Source of the DNA: Candidatus Berkelbacteria bacterium
Lineage (GTDB): Bacteria > Patescibacteriota > UBA1384 > 2-12-FULL-50-11
DNA: 64,000 nucleotides
Assembly: GCA_016432625.1 (NCBI GenBank)
Contig: CP066697.1
Location: 151,113-215,112, forward strand
Reading direction: 5' to 3'
The first letter of the stretch is position 1, and every line of letters begins with the position of its first letter. Positions 43,642 through 51,615 of the stretch are shown in pieces. Below the pieces are notes generated by a model that ran no database searches, was not told the origin of the DNA, and was given only the letters and a program-made list of their open reading frames with translations. A program made the position numbers and the translations under genes.

Positions 43642-45155
43642 AGCCTTTCCACGTTCGGTTGTGGGAGGTAATTCCTGGCTTCATGACCTGGTCAACGATC
43701 ATTCTGCTACTGCTCTTCTCTTTTAGCGAGCCGTATATAGTTGCGACGATCGTGATGATTTACTCGATCTACTGGTTGATTCGAATTTTTATCATGACAG
43801 GCTTTCTAATTGCCGGCTTTGTCCGCTACCGTCGCGAAATTGCCATTGATTGGCAGCAACGCCTCAAAACCGAATTTCCGCTTCGCGAGGAGGAGCTATA
43901 TCACTTGGCAATCGTACCCTCTTACAAAGAGGATATCTCGATCTTACGCCACACTTTAGACTCAATCCGGCGCAGTCATTACTCGCACCGAAAAATGATC
44001 GTGGTTTTGGCTTTTGAGGAACGTGACAAAGAGCTTGCGCCGCAGTACGCGCCGATTCTAACTCGTGAATACGAACACCAATTTGCGAAGTTTATGGTTA
44101 CGCACCATCCGACTGATATCCCGGGTGAAGTTCGCGGCAAAGGGCCGAATATTACCTGGGCGGCACGTCAGATAAAGGAATGGATTGACGACAAGAAAAT
44201 TCCTTATGAAAAAATTATTACCACCACCTTAGATGCGGATAACCGCGTCGACCCACAATATTTCGCGAATGTCGCTTGGGCATTTTTGAGTTCGGACGAC
44301 CCGCATCATAAAACGTTCCAACCGTTGCCGATGTTCTTCAATAATATTTGGCAAGTGCCATTGCCGGTCAAAATTACGGCTCTGAGCTCCACCTTCTGGC
44401 AAATGATTCAGGCGCTTAGGCCGCACCATGCCCGTAATTTTTCCGCTCACGCCCAGAGCTTTAAGGCTTTGGTCGAAACTGACTTCTGGTCAGTTACTAC
44501 TGTGGTCGAAGACGGCCATCAGTATTGGCGGTCATTCTTCCGCTTTAACGGTAATCACCGGATTGTGCCGATCTTTGTCCCGGTCTATCAAGACGCTGTG
44601 CAGGGGGAAAATATGTACGATACATTTCGCGAACAGTACCTGCAGCGCCGTAGGTGGTATTGGGGCGCTTCAGACATCCCTTACGTATTTCATATGTCGT
44701 TTCGTAACAGCAATATCCCCTTTTTCTACAAATGGCTGCAACTAGGACGACTGGTTGAGGCCCATTACTCTCTGGCGACTCAGTCCTTTATTCTGTTGAT
44801 CGGATGGTTGCCGTTGCTGGCGGTTTCCGAGTTTCGTACGACGGTTATTGGCTATAATTTCCCCGCCGTCTATCGCGCGGTTCTGGCCGCGGCTTGGATC
44901 GGCATGATTGCCAACATGACAATCGCCTCAAGCTTGGTACCGCCACGCCCAGGTAGTCGCGGCATGTACTGGCTTATGCTGGCTCGCGAGTGGGTTTTTG
45001 CACCGATTGCCATGCCGATCTCCGGAATTTTGTTTTCTGCCTTGCCGGCGATAGACTCACAGACCCGGATGTTAATAAATAAACCCTTTACCGTTTTCAA
45101 CGTCACGAAAAAAGCCGCAATACCGAGCGGAGTGTTACAAAAGAGCAGTCCTTAA
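43638..45155 (+). CDS. Membrane-integrated family 2 glycosyltransferase (processive synthase-like)
   Basis: TM helices at both ends. TLDADN (DxD), VVEDGH (ED), LQRRRWYWG (QxxRW-like). Confidence 0.75.
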   Translation: MKPFHVRLWEVIPGFMTWSTIILLLLFSFSEPYIVATIVMIYSIYWLIRIFIMTGFLIAGFVRYRREIAIDWQQRLKTEFPLREEELYHLAIVPSYKEDISILRHTLDSIRRSHYSHRKMIVVLAFEERDKELAPQYAPILTREYEHQFAKFMVTHHPTDIPGEVRGKGPNITWAARQIKEWIDDKKIPYEKIITTTLDADNRVDPQYFANVAWAFLSSDDPHHKTFQPLPMFFNNIWQVPLPVKITALSSTFWQMIQALRPHHARNFSAHAQSFKALVETDFWSVTTVVEDGHQYWRSFFRFNGNHRIVPIFVPVYQDAVQGENMYDTFREQYLQRRRWYWGASDIPYVFHMSFRNSNIPFFYKWLQLGRLVEAHYSLATQSFILLIGWLPLLAVSEFRTTVIGYNFPAVYRAVLAAAWIGMIANMTIASSLVPPRPGSRGMYWLMLAREWVFAPIAMPISGILFSALPAIDSQTRMLINKPFTVFNVTKKAAIPSGVLQKSSP

Positions 45156-45216
45156 CCTTCGCGAGGTATATGCGCAGTGCAATTATCCCCAGCGGCGTCG
45201 TCAGGATTAGCGAGAG

Positions 45217-45831
45217 CTAGTTGTTCTTGAGGTAGAAATTGTGGCTGCAGCTTTGCACGAAGTCGTCTTTGTCGCAGAGCTTGAACCCTAAGCTACCGCC
45301 GGTCTGGAATTCGGTGCTATATGGCTTCAGGTCGGTTGCGGGATCGGGCGCGCTATCGCTCATGTTGACCGATCGCTCAAGCCGACCCATAAGGTAGAAA
45401 CCTTTCGGCGTTTGTGACACGCCTTCGCTGACGGCAGTGTAGATGAATTGCCCGAAGTTGGCGTCATAACACTGTTCGCCGACGTGGAGCTGGTAGACGG
45501 GATCCTGAGGAATAGTGGTGACGTAGACTGGCGCGAGGAATTCTTTGTCGCCGTACGGCGGACAGCCAGAACCGCCAATTTTCTCAAGCTGCCAGCGGGC
45601 GATAAATAATCCACGGGGATTGGCGGTTATCGGCGGATAGTGTCTATTCTCGAGGTAGTACTGCTCTAGACCGTTCTTTATAAGTTGGAGGTCGGTGATT
45701 CGTTGATAATCGCGTGAGCGCACTAACGACGAGTTGTACATGTAGGTAGTAATGGTCACCAGGATCCCGATTATTGAAACAACCGTTAGCACCTCGACTA
45801 AAGTGAAGCCCCGTCGCAATGTTGAACGCAT
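45217..45831 (-). CDS. Type IV pilin-like protein (prepilin N-terminal cleavage/methylation domain)
   Basis: The ATG at 45831 gives MRSTLRRGFTLVEVLTVVSIIGILVTI, the class III signal G|FTLVE plus hydrophobic helix. Confidence 0.75.
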   Translation of the reverse strand: MRSTLRRGFTLVEVLTVVSIIGILVTITTYMYNSSLVRSRDYQRITDLQLIKNGLEQYYLENRHYPPITANPRGLFIARWQLEKIGGSGCPPYGDKEFLAPVYVTTIPQDPVYQLHVGEQCYDANFGQFIYTAVSEGVSQTPKGFYLMGRLERSVNMSDSAPDPATDLKPYSTEFQTGGSLGFKLCDKDDFVQSCSHNFYLKNN

Positions 45832-45890
45832 AAAGCAAGTGTGCCGCAGAATTGCCCGGAGCGCAAACAAACGCTGGTACAATGCTTCTA

Positions 45891-46376
45891 ATGAGCGATC
45901 TATTGTGGATTTTCAGTTCGGTGGTGCTGATGTTGCCGGCTGTGGTAGGTATTTTCATTCCGGTTGTTCCTGGGATACCGCTGATGTTCTTAGTGGCGTT
46001 AGTTTTTGGTTTTATTAATAAGTTCGCAGCATTGACTGCTAGTGAGCTTGTAATCTTGCTGACAATTGCCCTGGTTTCAATCGCTGTTGATTATCTTGCC
46101 GGGGTCTTGGGCGCCAAATACTCCGGCGCCTCAGCCCGTGCCTTGGTAATTGGTTTCATCTGTATGATTCTCGGCGTGCTTATCTTGCCGCCGTTTGGTG
46201 GCTTGATAGGTTTGTTTATCGGCGTATTGGTGGCGGAGCTCGGAAATCGCACTCACCGCGAAGCAATCAGGGCGGCAACTGGCAGTCTAATCGGCGCCTT
46301 AACGGGAATCCTTATCAATTTCTTGCTAGCGCTACTCTTTATCACCCTTTTCATTATTTTTGCCTGGCCGCGCTAA
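45891..46376 (+). CDS. DUF456-like polytopic membrane protein
   Basis: ATG at 45891. An extended -10 (TGgTACAAT, 45875-45883) lies 7 nt upstream. GIPLMFLVALVFGF-type helices. Confidence 0.6.
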   Translation: MSDLLWIFSSVVLMLPAVVGIFIPVVPGIPLMFLVALVFGFINKFAALTASELVILLTIALVSIAVDYLAGVLGAKYSGASARALVIGFICMILGVLILPPFGGLIGLFIGVLVAELGNRTHREAIRAATGSLIGALTGILINFLLALLFITLFIIFAWPR

Positions 46377-46409
46377 ATTTTCTTGACAGCCGAAGGTAGC
46401 TAACGGAGT

Positions 46410-47192
46410 ATGGAAGTAATGAAACTCAGGCGGTTACTGGCTTTAACTGTCGGGCGCAATCTGCTTATTGCCGCGGTTTTTGCGTCGGTTGGCGTCGTGC
46501 TACTCTTGACCGCTCCCAAGGAGAAACCTGTACAGGCCCAAGTTGGTGGGCAATACAGCGCCAATTGGGAAGCGACCCACCTACTTATCGCTCGCTTGGT
46601 TCAACCTGACCTGTTAACTAAACAGAAGTGTGAAACCGTGAACTCAGTGACTCGCCCTTACGGTGAGCCCGCTAACTCGGAAGTGGCCATCGGCCCGTCC
46701 CGCTGGGAGGTAAGAGGTCAGATGGATGACGGCTCTCGGTTTAAAGAAATCTGGACCACGGCCCAGATCCCTGCTCGGATCACTTACGGTGAGGGAACCT
46801 GGTACACGAACTGGTTTTTCAACGGTTACTGCAGTACACCTGGCTTAAAGTTAAAGATTATGGGTAACCAGAACCAGGAAGACTGGATCATCGGCTTCAT
46901 GCAGGACAGAAGCCTAGGAATGTCGGCGATGGAATTTCGGACAATCGGTGTCAACGACGCGATGACTAATACTAGTAACTATCCTGATGGTAACGTACGG
47001 AACATCAGTAAAACGACTTCTTGCCAACGAACAAACCGCTGTGTCTTTACAACCGGTCCGTATGCCTGGACGACTTTCCACGAAATCGACCAAGCTACCG
47101 AAAGTAAGTACGAGAATGTCGGAACCTTAATACCTGCTCACTGGGATGTGAGGGGTACGTTATGTCCTGTGGGGGATAACCGTTGTGATTAA
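46410..47192 (+). CDS. Secreted six-cysteine protein, paralogue 1 of 3 (start may be the ATG at 46419)
   Basis: Signal/anchor LLIAAVFASVGVVLLL...VQAQ. Blocks shared with paralogues 2 and 3 (SEVAIG, RFKEIW, TTSCQ, GDNRCD at the C-terminus). Confidence 0.6.
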   Translation: MEVMKLRRLLALTVGRNLLIAAVFASVGVVLLLTAPKEKPVQAQVGGQYSANWEATHLLIARLVQPDLLTKQKCETVNSVTRPYGEPANSEVAIGPSRWEVRGQMDDGSRFKEIWTTAQIPARITYGEGTWYTNWFFNGYCSTPGLKLKIMGNQNQEDWIIGFMQDRSLGMSAMEFRTIGVNDAMTNTSNYPDGNVRNISKTTSCQRTNRCVFTTGPYAWTTFHEIDQATESKYENVGTLIPAHWDVRGTLCPVGDNRCD

Positions 47193-47469
47193 TATGACGC
47201 CGCAAAAGTTTTCGAACGCAGTTTTGGCCTTGAGCGTGCTAGTTTTGCTTTTGGGTATCTCAACATATTGGCAAAGTAACGCGGAGCCAAATCTTGACTC
47301 AAAGACCTCGGTTACAGAGCGGGACGCCGCACTTTCGAGAGCTAGAATCGGCGACGGCACGTATAGTTTCTCAACTAGCTTCATCCCAGGGCTTGGCTAC
47401 ATCGGCTCTGCCGAGCAGACCAGACAAAAATTTAAGCAAGATAATAAAGGAGCGATAACCAACCAATGA
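47185..47469 (+). CDS. Small membrane-anchored protein embedded in the paralogue array
   Basis: 94-aa ORF overlapping both neighbours (8 nt and 4 nt). One TM helix (AVLALSVLVLLLGI). Confidence 0.45.
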   Translation: MINMTPQKFSNAVLALSVLVLLLGISTYWQSNAEPNLDSKTSVTERDAALSRARIGDGTYSFSTSFIPGLGYIGSAEQTRQKFKQDNKGAITNQ

Positions 47470-48170
47470 AGCGTGCTGCTAGTCTGTCCGTCATATTGCT
47501 AGGGATACTAGGTTTAGTTCTGGTTAATTCGCAACAAGTGAGCGCTCAAAGTAGCGACTACACAACCAAGTGGGACGCAAATAGTCTAATCGTTGGGACG
47601 TTGCACCGCCCGATTACTGGTAACTCCGAGGGCGATTGCGTTAATGGCACGCTTCTTGGTAATTACGGCGACCCGGCCGGATCAGAAATCGCCTTCGGTA
47701 TTAATCAGTGGACCGTCAAGGGGCGTATCACTGGCTCGACAAAATTTAAAGAAGTCTGGTCGGCACCGCAGTTGCCTTATGCTTACACCTACGGCGGCAC
47801 TTGGAATGGCAGCTGCCAAAACCTTAAGCTAATTGTCTCCGGCAACAACAGCATGACTGATTGGCTGATGGGCTACATTTCTAATGAAACATATACGCGG
47901 AGCGTAATGGCTTTTCGCTCAGTTGGTATCTCGCAAGGTATCAATAATAAGGTTAACGTCGACGTTTCTCGGGCTGACAACATCGGCAAAACGACGTCAT
48001 GCCAACGCCAGAACAACTGTTTGTATGCCACTGGCGGCTATGGCTGGACGGCTGCGCACGAAATCGATGACGCCCATGCCTGGAAGCCGATCAATGTTGG
48101 TATATTAATGCCTCTCAAGTGGACGATCAGTGGTGATATCTGCGACGGTGGAGACACTAGATGCGATTAA
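47466..48170 (+). CDS. Secreted six-cysteine protein, paralogue 2 of 3
   Basis: Signal peptide MKRAASLSVILLGILGLVLVNSQQVSAQ. Shared blocks SEIAFG, KFKEVW, TTSCQ and C-terminal GDTRCD. Confidence 0.6.
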   Translation: MKRAASLSVILLGILGLVLVNSQQVSAQSSDYTTKWDANSLIVGTLHRPITGNSEGDCVNGTLLGNYGDPAGSEIAFGINQWTVKGRITGSTKFKEVWSAPQLPYAYTYGGTWNGSCQNLKLIVSGNNSMTDWLMGYISNETYTRSVMAFRSVGISQGINNKVNVDVSRADNIGKTTSCQRQNNCLYATGGYGWTAAHEIDDAHAWKPINVGILMPLKWTISGDICDGGDTRCD

Positions 48171-48901
48171 AAATCATGGCTAATAGATTAGGCATTTTGA
48201 GGGTCTTGGTGGCGGTGCTAGTCCTTTTGGTGGGGTCAATCTTAGTCGGCGACGTGCCGGCCGTAGCACAAGCCAGTGACTACACAATCAACTGGCAAGC
48301 CACTGATCTAATCGTCGCCCGACTTAAGAAACCGAATTACGCACATAACCAGGCGGAGTGCACAACTTGGCGGCTTGACCCCCTTGGTACTCCCATCGAT
48401 TCTGAAGTGGCTATAGGTGTCCATAAGTGGACTGTCAGAGGCGAGCTTCCAGGCTCAGCAAGATTCAAAGAAATCTGGAGCACTCCCGCATTACCGAGAG
48501 CTTTCACATACACAGGTGATTTCATCAATGGCGAATGTCGAAACGGTCGCTTGATTATCGATGGCTTGGCAGGTCCTAACGACTGGCTGACCGGATATCT
48601 CAATGTAAGTAACCTTGGAGTCTCAGCCATGGAAATAAGAACGGTGGGTGTCACAACTGAGGTCGGACATCACAATCTAGACCCAGGCAGTGTTCGCAAC
48701 ATCGGCAATACTACATCATGTCAGGCGAGTGGGGGCGATACTGATCGCTGTACCTACACGACCGGTGCTTATAGTTGGCTCACTCTCCACAGGTTTCAGT
48801 CGGGAATGGATAAGAAGCACATGAATCTCGGTACGATGATCCCGCTCAAATGGTCTGTCAGCGGTACCTTCTGTGAACCTGGCGACAATCGCTGCGACTA
48901 A
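48161..48901 (+). CDS. Secreted six-cysteine protein, paralogue 3 of 3 (alternative start ATG at 48176)
   Basis: Signal peptide ...VLVAVLVLLVGSILVGDVPAVAQA. Shared blocks SEVAIG, RFKEIW, TTSCQ and C-terminal GDNRCD. Confidence 0.6.
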   Translation: MRLKIMANRLGILRVLVAVLVLLVGSILVGDVPAVAQASDYTINWQATDLIVARLKKPNYAHNQAECTTWRLDPLGTPIDSEVAIGVHKWTVRGELPGSARFKEIWSTPALPRAFTYTGDFINGECRNGRLIIDGLAGPNDWLTGYLNVSNLGVSAMEIRTVGVTTEVGHHNLDPGSVRNIGNTTSCQASGGDTDRCTYTTGAYSWLTLHRFQSGMDKKHMNLGTMIPLKWSVSGTFCEPGDNRCD

Positions 48902-48915
48902 CGGGCGAAAAATCT

Positions 48916-48999
48916 GCGGTCCCAACGGGAAGTCTCGCAGCTGAGCTGCTCGGAAAGCTCCTACGCTAACGCTCCGTCGCTACCGAACCCGCGGGTTCG
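48916..48999 (-). repeat. tRNA-Glu 3'-end copy with the same structured T-loop insert as the tRNA-Lys copy 2
   Basis: GCGGTCCCAACGGGA (48916-48930) equals 49053-49067 inside and next to tRNA-Glu. Minus-strand reading is GCGGGTTCGGT[AGCGACGGAGCGTTAGCGTAGGAGCTTTCCGAGCAGCTCAGCTGCGAG]ACTTCCCGTTGGGACCGC. Confidence 0.75.
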
Positions 49000-49053
49000 A
49001 CACCGCGAGCAGGTAGTAAACACGGCCCGGAAATTCCGCGCCGTGTTCCCTAG

Positions 49054-49127
49054 CGGTCCCAACGGGAGTCGAACCCGTGATTTCCGGGATGAAAACCCGG
49101 CGTCCTAGGCCACTAGACGATGGGACC
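49054..49127 (-). tRNA. tRNA-Glu (anticodon TTC)
   Basis: Acceptor GGTCCCA/TGGGACC, anticodon stem CCGGG/CCCGG with loop TTTTCAT, T-arm ACGGGTTCGACTCCCGT. Confidence 0.9.
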
Positions 49128-49227
49128 AATTTACGAAAGCCTAACAGGTCAATTTTACTGAATACGCCACCAGTTATCAATGCTAAGATGATCGCCAATA
49201 ACCGACTTTCTTGGTAATAATTAGTTG

Positions 49228-50082
49228 ATGAGGGGGTTGCTACTTTTTTCGATCGCCGTTTTAGCCGCTGCGGTAGGAGTGGTTTTATTTCTTGTGTCAT
49301 ACGGCGGAAAGATCGCCGGGACGGAGCAACCTAATAGTAAAGTTGTCGCGGCGGATATACCTATAAAAACGCCAGAAACACGCCGTCGCGCGGAAGTGCC
49401 CATCCTGATGTACCACTACATTCGGGATTATAAGAGCGAAACGGACCCGCTCGGCGTCCAACTATCTGTTTCACCGGCGGCGTTTAGGGCTCAGCTGCAA
49501 GCCCTAAAGCGCGACGGCTATTCGACGATTAGTCTATCGGAATTCGCCAAAGGTAATTTTGGCTCTAAGCCGATCGTCCTGACTTTTGATGACGGGTACG
49601 AGGACCACTTCACTACAGCGTTACCGATCCTGCAGGAACTCAACTACACTGCTACCTTTTTTATCGTCAAAAATTTCATTGGGCGTCCTGGTTACTTGAG
49701 TGCTGCGCAAATAAGCATGCTACAGGACGCCGGTATGGAAATAGGCGGCCATTCCACAAATCACGCTAACCTCTCGAAAATGACTTATGAGAAGGCCGTC
49801 GCCGACATCTCCTCTAGTCTAGCTGGTCGCGACAACGTCTTTTCTTACCCCTCAGGGCAGTATACTTACGAGACCCTGGACGTAGTTAGCGGCCTGGGAG
49901 TAACGGCTGCGGTGACAACCGAACAGGGCGTCGCCACAACCGAAACCAACCTGCTGGAGCTGCCGCGTATTAGGGTAAAAGAGAAGACTGATCTAATTAG
50001 CAAGATCGCCGAGCTTAGAGACATCCAAGTACCGTCGAAGGCTTCACAGCCACCGGCCGCTGAGGTAGAATTACAGGAGTAG
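49228..50082 (+). CDS. Membrane-anchored polysaccharide deacetylase (NodB homology domain)
   Basis: PILMYHYI, VLTFDDGYEDHF, GGHSTNH motifs. ATG at 49228 (the track start at 49225 is a TTG). Confidence 0.8.
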   Translation: MRGLLLFSIAVLAAAVGVVLFLVSYGGKIAGTEQPNSKVVAADIPIKTPETRRRAEVPILMYHYIRDYKSETDPLGVQLSVSPAAFRAQLQALKRDGYSTISLSEFAKGNFGSKPIVLTFDDGYEDHFTTALPILQELNYTATFFIVKNFIGRPGYLSAAQISMLQDAGMEIGGHSTNHANLSKMTYEKAVADISSSLAGRDNVFSYPSGQYTYETLDVVSGLGVTAAVTTEQGVATTETNLLELPRIRVKEKTDLISKIAELRDIQVPSKASQPPAAEVELQE

Positions 50083-50154
50083 CGCGGTTAGCTCAGCTGG
50101 TAGAGCATTTCCTTGACGTGGAAAGGGTCAGTGGTTCGAGTCCACTACCGCGCA
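50082..50154 (+). tRNA. tRNA-Val (anticodon GAC)
   Basis: Acceptor GCGCGGT/ACCGCGC, anticodon stem TTTCC/GGAAA with loop TTGACGT, T-arm AGTGGTTCGAGTCCACT. Abuts the preceding stop codon and the following ATG. Confidence 0.9.
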
Positions 50155-50155
50155 C

Positions 50156-50713
50156 ATGAAAGGTTTAACGCTACTTATTGTGATCGCGCTGGTTATCATC
50201 GGCGCGTTTATGTTGGTTCCAAAAAAACAAAATGAAGGAGGCGCTGTGACAACAACTACCAATAATACTGCCGTAAAAAAAGCAATAATTGAAACCGATA
50301 AGGGCAATATCGAGCTCGATCTTTACCCTGACGTGGCGCCAAAGACTGTGGATAACTTTATTCAAAAAGCTAACGCCGGTTTCTTTAATGGCTTGAAGTT
50401 TCACCGAGTGGAAGATTGGGTTATTCAGGGCGGTGATCCGCTGAGCCGTGATGAGTCTCAAAAAGACTTGTGGGGCACTGGTGGCGGCAATATTGATACC
50501 GAGCTTTCGGACAAACCGTTCGGCGTTGGCGCTTTGGGCGTAGCCAGAGGCAACGAGATAAAGATCTCGAACGACTCGCAATTCTTCATAACCAAAAAGG
50601 ACGCGCAGTTTTTAAACAGCCAGTACACGATCTTTGGTCAAGTCACCGCCGGCATGGACGTCGTTGAAAAAATCGCCATCGGCGACCTCATCAAATCCGT
50701 AACTATTAAATAA
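50156..50713 (+). CDS. ppiB: Membrane-anchored cyclophilin-type peptidyl-prolyl isomerase
   Basis: FHRVEDWVIQGGDP and SNDSQFFIT motifs. N-terminal TM helix. Confidence 0.9.
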   Translation: MKGLTLLIVIALVIIGAFMLVPKKQNEGGAVTTTTNNTAVKKAIIETDKGNIELDLYPDVAPKTVDNFIQKANAGFFNGLKFHRVEDWVIQGGDPLSRDESQKDLWGTGGGNIDTELSDKPFGVGALGVARGNEIKISNDSQFFITKKDAQFLNSQYTIFGQVTAGMDVVEKIAIGDLIKSVTIK

Positions 50714-50900
50714 CAAGCGAAAAACGGGCGAATCTAACTATGCAGGTTATTCACCCGTTTTTCACCTTGTCCACGACAGTGAGCGTGCTTGGGTGGGGAG
50801 TGCAGAGGGGTAGGGCAGCGCTTCGCAAGTAGCACCCGTACCCCTCTGCAAAACAAAAAAGCGCCGTAGCGGCGCCTTTTGCTTCGCTTGAAAAGCGAGT

Positions 50901-51605
50901 CTACTTCTTCTTCACCTGAATCTTCGTGGTCTTCGGCTTAGCCGGTTCCACTTTCGGCGCCACTATCTTAAGCGTCCCGTTTTCGAGTTTGGCCTCAACC
51001 TTGTCTTCTTTGATCGGCGTGGCAAATCGAATTGAACGACTGAACTCACTGTGTTGCCACTCACGACGCACAACATTCTTGCCTTCTTTCTCATTTTCGT
51101 CGTGCTTTTTAGTGCCAGTGATAGTTAGTGTATCTTCCGTCATCTCGATCTGAACATCGTCTTCGGCGTAACCCGGAACCTGTAATTCGATTTCGTACTC
51201 TTTGTCGGTTTCATGAATATTCATGGCGCCGGCAACGGTGCCCAGTGCTCGCGACCAATCACCACGACCAAAATTACGGTTGACCATCTCGCTCATCTCT
51301 TCTTGCATTCGATCCATTGCCTGAAACGGACTCCATGGTGCTAATTGCATCTTCGACTGCTCACCTCCTTCCTGAATTTCGTTATCGGTTGCTTGCTGAA
51401 CAATGTTTATGCCTTCGATTAAATCCGGCAAATTACAGCGGAAAAATTCCATCAGTGAAATCAAAACTGGCGCGCTAGGCAGATACTCGCCACGTTCAAG
51501 CGAGATTATCGATTGGCGAGATACGTTTAATTCCCGAGCCAATTCTTCTTGGCTCAGATCTCGCTGGGTGCGTAACTGGCGTAGTAATAAACGGAATCGA
51601 GGCAT
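50901..51605 (-). CDS. Fusion protein: N-terminal XRE/Cro-type helix-turn-helix domain plus a complete Hsp20/alpha-crystallin small heat-shock protein
   Basis: Residues 1-65 (LRQLRTQRDLSQEELARELNVSRQSIISLERGEYLPSAPVLISLMEFF) fit the HTH_3 pattern. Residues about 125-215 (HETDKEYEIELQVPGYAEDDVQIEMTEDTLTITG...FSRSIRFATPIKEDKVEAKLENGTLKIVAPK) fit the alpha-crystallin domain. The C-terminal KIQV is an I-x-I/V motif. Confidence 0.8.
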   Translation of the reverse strand: MPRFRLLLRQLRTQRDLSQEELARELNVSRQSIISLERGEYLPSAPVLISLMEFFRCNLPDLIEGINIVQQATDNEIQEGGEQSKMQLAPWSPFQAMDRMQEEMSEMVNRNFGRGDWSRALGTVAGAMNIHETDKEYEIELQVPGYAEDDVQIEMTEDTLTITGTKKHDENEKEGKNVVRREWQHSEFSRSIRFATPIKEDKVEAKLENGTLKIVAPKVEPAKPKTTKIQVKKK

Positions 51606-51615
51606 TTATACGCCT

